A stretch of DNA of 60,698 nt. Origin: a virus (taxonomy: Duplodnaviria; Caudoviricetes). This document shows positions 18,385 to 25,972 of the stretch, piece by piece; positions within the stretch are counted from its first letter, which is position 1, and each line of letters begins with the position of its first letter. The position numbers and the translations under genes are program-made. The notes under the pieces were generated by a model. It searched no databases, had not been told where the DNA came from, and saw only the letters and a program-made list of their open reading frames with translations. Where the stretch lies: the IMG/VR virus record IMGVR_UViG_3300018481_000007, positions 1 through 60,698 of that record; one strand, 5' to 3'.

Positions 18385-19287
18385 CTAGGCCGCCTTGCCA
18401 GCCATCCAGGCAGTGCCGTCCCAGTGAGCGAACGAGCCGTCCTCCAGCACGATGTACTGCCCGGTGGTCCAGGCGGTGGTCGGGCTGGCCACGACCGGGG
18501 GAGCCGCAGCGACCAGGGCCGCCAGGTCCTCGGGCAGGTAGGCCGGGGCCGGGGTGGCCGTACCAGGAGTGCCAGCGGTGGCTCCGGTGGCTGCCACGCC
18601 AACCGGGATCGCATCGCAGGACGCGGTGGGCGGCTCGACCGTGGTCAACTGCATCCACAGGTGGTCGCGGCTGTCGACCTCCTCCAGCAGCGGGCTGGGC
18701 TGACCGGTGTCGTCCTTGACCACGTCGTACGGACCTGCACCCCAGTTGTTGCCGTCCTTGCTCTTGGCTCCCGAGAGGGTGAAGTTCACCGCGTCGTTGC
18801 CGATGGTGAAGTCACCGATGACACCGCCCTTGATGAACGGCACCAGGAAGTAGCCGTAGGAGACACCGGCGTTCGGGTCGCAGACCGCACTCGGCACCGA
18901 GGACCAGACCTCCAGAGCGAATCCAGAGGCGCAGGCGTCGATGCCGGAGTTCATCCGGATGCCCACCCGGTTGCCCTCCGCGTCGGTGACCGAGGGCATT
19001 CCGGTCATCAACTCGTACAGCAGGGGATCCACGCCGCAGAACTCGACCTGGATCTCGTAGCCGGTGAAGACGGGGCAGGGCTCATCGAGGATGCAGACCT
19101 TGCCTGCGGCGTTGGTGACCGAGATGGTCTCGCCCTCGTCGGTCTGGGCGGTCAACTGGACGGTGATGAAGCCGTCCGAGACGATCGCAGCGTCGGGCCC
19201 GAGGTCGACGGAGCCACAGCCGTCAAGCCGGGTGACCCGCATCGCCCGGCCACGGACGAGCGAGAAACAGGTGTTGGAACCGGCCAT
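18385..19287 (-). CDS. Major tail protein
   Basis: MRVTRLDGCG...NAAGKVC...FCGVDP...GFALEVW. Confidence 0.85.
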   Translation of the reverse strand: MAGSNTCFSLVRGRAMRVTRLDGCGSVDLGPDAAIVSDGFITVQLTAQTDEGETISVTNAAGKVCILDEPCPVFTGYEIQVEFCGVDPLLYELMTGMPSVTDAEGNRVGIRMNSGIDACASGFALEVWSSVPSAVCDPNAGVSYGYFLVPFIKGGVIGDFTIGNDAVNFTLSGAKSKDGNNWGAGPYDVVKDDTGQPSPLLEEVDSRDHLWMQLTTVEPPTASCDAIPVGVAATGATAGTPGTATPAPAYLPEDLAALVAAAPPVVASPTTAWTTGQYIVLEDGSFAHWDGTAWMAGKAA

Positions 19288-19484
19288 CAGCCTTCCTTAC
19301 TCTCGGACTTCTTCGCGGTCTTCTTCGGCGGGTACGCCTTGTCGTTGACTTCCTTGGGTACGCGGAAGCCACCCTCGTAGGTCTGCACCACGTCGGGCTC
19401 CAGCCCCAGTTCCTCGGCAGCCGCGAGCAGCAGGGTGGCCTGCTCACTCGCCTTGTCGAAGGGGATCTCTACCTGGTCGCTCAT
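19287..19484 (-). CDS. Small virion-associated protein
   Basis: Coupled overlaps; ATLLLAAAEE...GFRVP. Confidence 0.7.
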   Translation of the reverse strand: MSDQVEIPFDKASEQATLLLAAAEELGLEPDVVQTYEGGFRVPKEVNDKAYPPKKTAKKSESKEG

Positions 19485-20287
19485 TACGGACCTCCGCAGT
19501 CACACAGGGTGCCCGTGGCGCTGGCCATGTAGCAGTCCACCAGGGCTGCGTAGCCACGCTCGATCAGCACGTAGTAGTCGTTGCTGTACTCGTTCTGAGC
19601 CCCGGCCCGACCGAGCACCGGCCCGGTCTCCACCAGCGCGCTGCGGTAGAGCACGGTCGCTCCGGAGGCATAGACCACCGGTTCGGTGGCGGACCCTCCG
19701 GCGTGGTCGGCGTGGTAGTTGCCCACCGACACGAGACTCCCTGCGTGGGTCTCCAGGTGGTCACCCACGCGCACCAGACCGCCCTTGCTGAACGCCTCCT
19801 CGGCCGCCAGAAACCCCAGGTGCAGGGTGATCTGACCGCCGTACTCGGCTGCCGCGTGGGCCTCCAGGCTGCCCACCGCCTGAGTGACCGAACCGAACGA
19901 CCCGATGGCCGTCGCGGTGTCCAGCACGTTGTCCTGGAACTCGGTCTCGACGGCCGACTGCTCGCTGGCCAGGAACCGCTGCCTCAACCGGGCGGAGGAC
20001 TCGTCGAAGCGACCCACCGTCTTGCAGGTCTCGTACATGTACGCCAACCAGGGGTCGGCGTCGATGTCGGAGTACCAGGACCGGCTGCTCTTGGCTGCGG
20101 TGGGGCCACAGACGATCGTGGTCCCCTCCGGCCGCGAGCACTCCTCGCCGTCGGAGGTGAGACCGCCGAGCAACCAGTGGGCCTCCCCACTGTCGACGGT
20201 CTCCACCACCGAGAACAGGCCGAACTTGCGCGGCTGGCGGACCGGCGCGGCGACCAACTGTCGAGCGTTCGCTAGTGCGACGGCCAT
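19484..20287 (-). CDS. Second capsid protein (putative pentamer protein)
   Basis: Directly after the MCP; FGLFSV N-terminus; size and position match the cluster-B hexamer/pentamer arrangement. Confidence 0.65.
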   Translation of the reverse strand: MAVALANARQLVAAPVRQPRKFGLFSVVETVDSGEAHWLLGGLTSDGEECSRPEGTTIVCGPTAAKSSRSWYSDIDADPWLAYMYETCKTVGRFDESSARLRQRFLASEQSAVETEFQDNVLDTATAIGSFGSVTQAVGSLEAHAAAEYGGQITLHLGFLAAEEAFSKGGLVRVGDHLETHAGSLVSVGNYHADHAGGSATEPVVYASGATVLYRSALVETGPVLGRAGAQNEYSNDYYVLIERGYAALVDCYMASATGTLCDCGGP

Positions 20288-20333
20288 TCAGCACCTCCCT
20301 CTCGTGTCCGACTCCTGATGTCTGAGTCGGCGA

Positions 20334-21941
20334 TCAGGGGACGGCGACGACGCAGGTCATGTCAGCAGCGCCGGTGGTGCCAGCGGTGCAGACCGGGATC
20401 TCCACAGCGAGGCTCTCGTAGCACTGCGGAGCCACGAGGATGCCCTGCTCGAAGAACAGCGCGGTGTAGGTGTTGGTGGCCAGCGAGGCCGCGTCGTAGA
20501 CCGCGTTCAGGTTGATGATGTCGGCGGTGCCCTTGATCCAGGTACCGGCCGGGTACATCAGCGCCTTGAAGGTGGCGGGCCATGCGTCGACCGCACCCAG
20601 GGGCTGCCAGTCGTAGGCGTACTGGACGGCCAACTTGCGAGCAGAGAACTCGGCGGCGATCAGCGCGTCGGTGACCGGGGAGATGTCCATGCCGGTCCGA
20701 CGGGACATGTCGGCCCGCAGGATGTCCTGCACGTAGAACGGCAGGATGACCTCCAGCGAGGAGTTGATCCCCAGGCGGTACTTCTCCTTCACCTGGTCGG
20801 CGTAGAGGGTCAGCGCGTCGAAGGTGTCGGTGGACACCGCGCCGAGCCCGGTCGCCGTCTTGGCCACGGAGCCGGTGGTGAGGGCGTTGAGCACCTTGGC
20901 GTTCATCTTGTGCTGGTGGGCGATCATCGAGCCCGAGATGTAGCGCTGCACCAACTCCGGGTAGGCCGCGTTGGTGAGGATCGGGGCCTTGATGCAGATG
21001 CCACAGGCCTCCAGCCGCACGTCCACGAAGGGCGGGCAGTCGATCTCCTGGCACGGCTTGGTGGTCCCGGCGATGGCCTGCGCCTCGGTCTGGCAGAAGC
21101 CAGCGTCGGCGTAGATGTCGGAGAAGTCCGGACCCCGGGTGTACTTGATGCCGCCCCGGGAGACGTTCACCTCGGGGATCGAGATGATGCCGTCCGTGGT
21201 CTCACCGGCACACAGGTCGTAGATGGTCTCGCTCGGTGCACACCAGCCACCGGCCGCAACCAGCGAGCCGCCGGGGAGGCGGGCCTCGCTCTGCGCGTAG
21301 GCGAGCACCTCCATGTCGTCGGAGTGCCGGTCAATGGTCAGTTCGGCGGGGAACTCCAGCCGGAACGAGGCGACACCGACGTGGCGGAGGTCCTCGCGGC
21401 TGCCGTCACCCGACGGCGGGCCGAAGCCGCGCATCCGGTTGACCATGGCGACGCCGACCTGCTCCAGGCCACCCAACTTGGCACCGGCCGCGAAGTCCGG
21501 CACGTCGGCGGCAGCAGTGATGGTGAGCGGGGCGCGCTGGGCGGCGGGCTTGGCCGGGCGGGCGGTCCGACGGGCGAGCGTCTGGACACCGGAGCGGGCC
21601 TGGGCGACCGGAGCGGCAGGAGCCTCCGGAGCGACCTCCTCGGTGGCCTCAGCCTCGTCGTCCTCGTCCTCGGTCTCCTCCTCGACCTCCTCGGGAGCCT
21701 CGGTGGAGAAGCGGGTGCGGAGAGCGGCGGTGCGGGCGGCGAGCGCCTCGGCGGCCTCGACCCGGGTGGCCTGCTCGGTGGCGATGGCCTCCAGGTGCTC
21801 GGCGTAGGCCTCGGCCTGGGTGACCTCGTCCTCGCTCGGGGCATCGGATGCGGCGATCGCATCGAAAGCGGCACGGACCTGGGTGGCGTAGGTCGCCAGC
21901 GCGTCAGGATCCAGTGCGGTGAAGTTCTTGTTGAGGTCCAC
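20334..21941 (-). CDS. Major capsid (hexamer) protein with N-terminal scaffold-like region
   Basis: LVAAGGWCAPSETIYD...RGGIKY...AYPELV...N.YTALFFEQG. Confidence 0.9.
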   Translation of the reverse strand: MDLNKNFTALDPDALATYATQVRAAFDAIAASDAPSEDEVTQAEAYAEHLEAIATEQATRVEAAEALAARTAALRTRFSTEAPEEVEEETEDEDDEAEATEEVAPEAPAAPVAQARSGVQTLARRTARPAKPAAQRAPLTITAAADVPDFAAGAKLGGLEQVGVAMVNRMRGFGPPSGDGSREDLRHVGVASFRLEFPAELTIDRHSDDMEVLAYAQSEARLPGGSLVAAGGWCAPSETIYDLCAGETTDGIISIPEVNVSRGGIKYTRGPDFSDIYADAGFCQTEAQAIAGTTKPCQEIDCPPFVDVRLEACGICIKAPILTNAAYPELVQRYISGSMIAHQHKMNAKVLNALTTGSVAKTATGLGAVSTDTFDALTLYADQVKEKYRLGINSSLEVILPFYVQDILRADMSRRTGMDISPVTDALIAAEFSARKLAVQYAYDWQPLGAVDAWPATFKALMYPAGTWIKGTADIINLNAVYDAASLATNTYTALFFEQGILVAPQCYESLAVEIPVCTAGTTGAADMTCVVAVP

Positions 21942-22109
21942 GGGACTTGCTCCTCGGCTCGAAGATGGGGCTGCGCCAAGCGCAAGTCGAGATCCCCGGG
22001 CACCAAGGTCCAGCGGAAGAACTTCCTAGGCCGGGACAGTACACCCAGAACAGGGGGGTCCGCTGCAGGGGGAGTGCTTAGGCTGCCTAAGGCGGCGTAC
22101 CGTCAGGCC

Positions 22110-22190
22110 ATGAATACGAACGCCATTGCGGCGGCGACCCTGGTGATCGTCGTCATCCTGCTAGTGATTGCCCTCATCGGCATCTTCTGA
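22110..22190 (+). CDS. 26-aa single-TM peptide, leaderless
   Basis: MNTNAIAAATLVIVVILLVIALIGIF; TACCGT -10 lies 6 nt upstream. Confidence 0.55.
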   Translation: MNTNAIAAATLVIVVILLVIALIGIF

Positions 22191-22191
22191 G

Positions 22192-22407
22192 GTGACCGCC
22201 TTTCGCCAGATCGTCATCTGTTGCAACGCGAAGGACTGCAACATCTGCACGACCGTCGGCGGGAAGTCGGTGAAGGCCGCCCGGAATGCGCTCTGGCTCG
22301 GCGGCTGGACCCAGCACAAGAAGCGCGACCGATGCCCGCTGCACAACCCGAAGCGGGACGACGTCCAGGGACGGCGGACGAGTATGGAGTGGAAAGGTCA
22401 GCCATGA
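22192..22407 (+). CDS. Small zinc-binding protein
   Basis: CNAKDC...GW...DRCPLH. Confidence 0.6.
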   Translation: MTAFRQIVICCNAKDCNICTTVGGKSVKAARNALWLGGWTQHKKRDRCPLHNPKRDDVQGRRTSMEWKGQP

Positions 22408-22503
22408 TCCTGTGGTGTCTGCGGCTGTGGTGGCGGCTGTGCGACTGGGCCACCAGCCCGCCCTCGTACCGATGGAACGGCGAGGAGCAGCGCTACCACC
22501 CGG

Positions 22504-23109
22504 TCAGCCACCGGGGCTGGGGTTGGGGTCCAGGAGACACACCCAGACCGGCAGGTCCTGGTCCTCGGGAGCGCGCTGATGAACCTCGATCCGACCGAAG
22601 GTGAACCCCGGCGGGCAGAAGACCTGACTCGCAGCGGTGGGGCTGGGGGCGGGGAGGCCAGGGGGTCCGACTGGCCCCGGTGGACCTTGTTCGCCTTCAG
22701 CGCCGTCCTCTCCGGGCTCGCCTTGTGGACCGGCTGGGCCTGGCTCACCCTGTTCGCCCTCGGCGCCCTGCTCGCCGGGATCACCATCAACGCCTGGAGC
22801 ACCCGTCGCGTCCAGCCCCGGCGGGCCAGCGGGACCCGGGCCTCCGGGCTCACCTTGCACGCCAGGCGGGCCGACATCGCCCTGCTGGCCGTCAAGTCCC
22901 GGCTGGCCGACCCCATCTACACCGGGAGCCCCCGAGGGCCCGCTGGGGCCAGGAGGGCCCGCTGGACCCGCTGGGCCAACGAAAGTCTGGGGAGCCCCCG
23001 GCGCGCTCGGGGCGCTGACGATGCCGTTGATGACAGCCCCGGCGAAGGCGAGGGTCGCTAGTCCTCCGGCGACCCAGTACCCGAGGGGACTAGCCGTCAG
23101 CCGCGACAT
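22504..23109 (-). CDS. Membrane-anchored collagen-like protein
   Basis: N-terminal TM segment; long Gly-X-Y run; CPPGF tail. Confidence 0.8.
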   Translation of the reverse strand: MSRLTASPLGYWVAGGLATLAFAGAVINGIVSAPSAPGAPQTFVGPAGPAGPPGPSGPSGAPGVDGVGQPGLDGQQGDVGPPGVQGEPGGPGPAGPPGLDATGAPGVDGDPGEQGAEGEQGEPGPAGPQGEPGEDGAEGEQGPPGPVGPPGLPAPSPTAASQVFCPPGFTFGRIEVHQRAPEDQDLPVWVCLLDPNPSPGG

Positions 23110-23380
23110 CGGTCTTCTCCACCGCCTGGGCGTACCGCTGCTTGGCAAGGGTGGCGTCGGTGCGCCCGGCGAGGAATCCAGCCAGCAGACCGATCAGGGT
23201 GTTCACCACGTCCGAGACGGCGTGGAAGCCCGCCGTGGTGTCCCGCTCGGGCACCCACAGTGTGACAATGAACAGCGCCATCCCGGAGGCCAGCACTGAG
23301 AAGCAGACGGTGCTGGCTATCACCAGGATCAGCAGGTCGCCCGTCGTCCGGTCGGCGAACCAGGGGCGACGCCGGATCAC
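23090..23380 (-). CDS. Putative holin
   Basis: Two TM segments; follows the lysin. Confidence 0.55.
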   Translation of the reverse strand: MIRRRPWFADRTTGDLLILVIASTVCFSVLASGMALFIVTLWVPERDTTAGFHAVSDVVNTLIGLLAGFLAGRTDATLAKQRYAQAVEKTDVAADG

Positions 23381-25077
23381 GGCAGCCCCGTCATCTCCCA
23401 GACCACGTAGTCACGCGCCGACGCCGATGCGCCACCCTCGCGCTTCGCCGCCAGCACCGCGCCGTTGGCCGCGAAGCACAGGCCCTCGGGCTCATCCTCG
23501 TCCGAGCCGGACAAGTGCATCCCGGTCACGTCGAACTTGTTGAGCAGGCAGGTGCCGTTCCAGTCGAACACGTCCAGCACGTGCTTGCCGCCGGACGGGT
23601 CCGGGGTCTCGTTGGTGCCGCCGTAGATCCGGTAGATCCGCTTCTCGTTGCACGACCACGACTGCTGGGTGAGGTCGGTGCGCTTAGAGAGGGTGACCTC
23701 CTTGATCGGCTTCGAGCGGTTGTCGCCGCCGGTGAAGTCGGTCCGGTCGAAGATCGAGATGGTCTCCTTGGTGTCCGTCGCGGAGCGGAAGCCCACCCGG
23801 TCGGTGTAGCCCGCCTGGGGCCGACCGCCCTGGTAGTCCATCTTGTCGCCAGAGGTGCGGGAGACCTTCTTGCCCGAGTTCCACGGGTAGCGGTACGAAG
23901 GGTCCTCGCCGCACCACACGTAGAGGTTCCCGGCGGCGGAGCGGTAGGCGTAGACGGTCTGCCCGTGCCCGGCGTCGTTGACCTGCATCCAGTCGATGTA
24001 CTTGCCGCTGGAGTCGAACATCAGGAACCGGATGTCCCCGGCGTTGTTGTAGTCCTGCGCCACGATCCAGCGCTCAGCGTGGGAGGTGCCGTCGTCCTCG
24101 GTCATGGCATCCACCCGAGCCATGCCCTGGAGGTAGGAGACCGAGCCGGACACCCCGTTCAGACTGAGCGTCTTGTAGTGCTTCCAGCCCGGCTTGGCTG
24201 CGGGTGGTGGTGCGGAGACCTTGGCGAGGTAGTCGCTGGAGTACCAGTTGGTGCCACCGGTGATCCAGCCGCTAACCGGATCACCGGTGACATCGAACTC
24301 GTAGCCCGTCTCGCGGACGATCGTGTTGCCGTCCTTGTCGAGCGACTTCGGGCCACCGGGGAGGGTGCGGGCGGTGAGCCCACCGGAGGCGGTGACCTTG
24401 ACCGAGTCGCCCTTCTTGATCCCGGCAGCGTTCGCAGGGTCTGGCTTCACCATGGGGAACAGGTAGTCGGTCGAGTACCACACACCGTCTGGAGCCGGTT
24501 CCGGCGGCTCGGGGGGTCCGTCGGCCCCGGCCCAGGCCTGCAAGTCTGCCAGGGTTTTGAACTTCGGGGCACGGTTCTTGTCGTACGGCTCGGTCGTGTA
24601 CTGGTGGAACGTCCAGTCGGCCTGGATGCCGGGGTCGGAGCCACCGTTGAAGTTGGCGATCCACAGGTAGTTGCCGAAGAACGAGGAGGTGTCGTGGTTG
24701 AGCCACCAGTCCCGGTTGCAGTAGAGCCCCACCATGCTGTCGGGGAAGTTCTTCTGCAACGCCTTGATCGCCTGATCCTTCTGCGCGGTGGTCGGGTTGC
24801 TGGGGTCTTCCCAGTCGACGGCGATGAGGTCCCCGGGCCGCACGTCGGACTGGGCGGTGAACCACTCCACCTGCGCGGTTACGTCCCCGTCGTTAAGCCA
24901 GTGGTAGTGGCCGAGTTGCTTGCCACGATTCCGAACGACGCCGATCTGGTGCTCATAGTCGGGGTTCTTGTACGACTTCCCCTCGGTGGCCTTCACCCAG
25001 CAGTAGTCCCATGCGTCGTCCTCCCAGTTGCTGCTGTTGTTGGACGACACGTCGATGCCGATCAGTCCGTCGACCAT
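23377..25077 (-). CDS. Endolysin: GH25 muramidase, SH3b and C-terminal beta-propeller
   Basis: GIDVS...KATEG...GHYH...AVDWE...LWIANF...FHQYT; SH3b ending GWITGGTNWYSSDYL; GHG and EPEG propeller motifs. Confidence 0.85.
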   Translation of the reverse strand: MVDGLIGIDVSSNNSSNWEDDAWDYCWVKATEGKSYKNPDYEHQIGVVRNRGKQLGHYHWLNDGDVTAQVEWFTAQSDVRPGDLIAVDWEDPSNPTTAQKDQAIKALQKNFPDSMVGLYCNRDWWLNHDTSSFFGNYLWIANFNGGSDPGIQADWTFHQYTTEPYDKNRAPKFKTLADLQAWAGADGPPEPPEPAPDGVWYSTDYLFPMVKPDPANAAGIKKGDSVKVTASGGLTARTLPGGPKSLDKDGNTIVRETGYEFDVTGDPVSGWITGGTNWYSSDYLAKVSAPPPAAKPGWKHYKTLSLNGVSGSVSYLQGMARVDAMTEDDGTSHAERWIVAQDYNNAGDIRFLMFDSSGKYIDWMQVNDAGHGQTVYAYRSAAGNLYVWCGEDPSYRYPWNSGKKVSRTSGDKMDYQGGRPQAGYTDRVGFRSATDTKETISIFDRTDFTGGDNRSKPIKEVTLSKRTDLTQQSWSCNEKRIYRIYGGTNETPDPSGGKHVLDVFDWNGTCLLNKFDVTGMHLSGSDEDEPEGLCFAANGAVLAAKREGGASASARDYVVWEMTGLP

Positions 25078-25643
25078 CACTCGGCCGCCCATCCGTCGAC
25101 CAACTGGGTGACCACGAACGTGCTGCCGTAGGGCCTGGTCTTCACCACATCGCCTTCTCCGCTGGGCTCGTCCCGGCCGTTGAGTTCGCCGGACGCGATG
25201 ACGTACACCGTGTCCCCGACCTTGACACCGTTCGGGTTGTCCGGCTCGCCACCGGCGGCCAGGTAGGACAGCCGGATGCCCGCGATGTCCTCAGTCCAGC
25301 CCTGGTAGGTCAGGTTGCCCCAGTCCCGGTCGATCTCGTCGATGCTCACCGAGGCGCACTTGCCGTTGCTCTGCTGGTCGGTGGAGCGGACCATGCCACC
25401 ACCCAGCGACACCACGGCGTGGCCGTACCCGGAGCCGCCCCCGGTCCAGAACACGGGGGCACCCTCGGGTGGTGTTCGGTCACCCTTGTGCTTGTACTTG
25501 GCAGCGTTCCACTGAGCGGAGGCGTCGGGGTACTGGTGCGGGGACTCCAGCCACTCCTGGGTCTGCCACAGGCACATCCCTACCGAGCAGGTGGTGGTCG
25601 CCTTGGCGTTGTCCATCGCCTCCTTAGCCGACTGCACCACCAT
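25077..25643 (-). CDS. CHAP/NlpC-like cell-wall peptidase with truncated SH3b
   Basis: GMCLWQT...ASAQW...PPEGAPVFWTGG..YGHAVVSLGGG..RSTD. Confidence 0.8.
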   Translation of the reverse strand: MVVQSAKEAMDNAKATTTCSVGMCLWQTQEWLESPHQYPDASAQWNAAKYKHKGDRTPPEGAPVFWTGGGSGYGHAVVSLGGGMVRSTDQQSNGKCASVSIDEIDRDWGNLTYQGWTEDIAGIRLSYLAAGGEPDNPNGVKVGDTVYVIASGELNGRDEPSGEGDVVKTRPYGSTFVVTQLVDGWAAE

Positions 25644-25818
25644 CGTCAGCCACCCCCTTCTCGTCGCCGTTGCGGTAGTCCCGGTTCTGCTCTCCGCCGG
25701 GCGGATCGGGCGGGTCCGCCTTGCCCAGTACGGTCGAGCCGTCCGGCGCGGTGTCCTGCTTCTCGGGTACCGGATCAGCACCGCGCGTCCCCCCGGCCAC
25801 GCCGGTGTTGTCGCTCAC
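25624..25818 (-). CDS. Small low-complexity hypothetical protein
   Basis: GTGA overlap; fills the gap in the operon. Confidence 0.4.
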   Translation of the reverse strand: MSDNTGVAGGTRGADPVPEKQDTAPDGSTVLGKADPPDPPGGEQNRDYRNGDEKGVADDGGAVG

Positions 25819-25970
25819 TTGGCCCGGGCAACGACCTTGCCCCCGTTCGCCCTCACCACCGCCGCCCGCGCCTGGATCTCGCTGGGGTACTCCTTGGTGA
25901 TCGCGCCGTCCTTGGAGGTGAACACCCAGACCATGTTGGCGCTCTTGTTCTTGCCGCAGTTGCAACTCAT
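25815..25970 (-). CDS. Small protein MSCNCGKNK...EIQARAAVVRANGG (51 aa, below the track cutoff)
   Basis: Directly after the protease; typical CxCG small head-region protein. Confidence 0.7.
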   Translation of the reverse strand: MSCNCGKNKSANMVWVFTSKDGAITKEYPSEIQARAAVVRANGGKVVARAK

Positions 25971-25972
25971 GC

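Noticed and set aside
24490-25079. Self-splicing intron or intein in the lysin
   Set aside because: The segment is fully occupied by GH25 coding sequence and linker. No group I/II core or intein motifs were seen.
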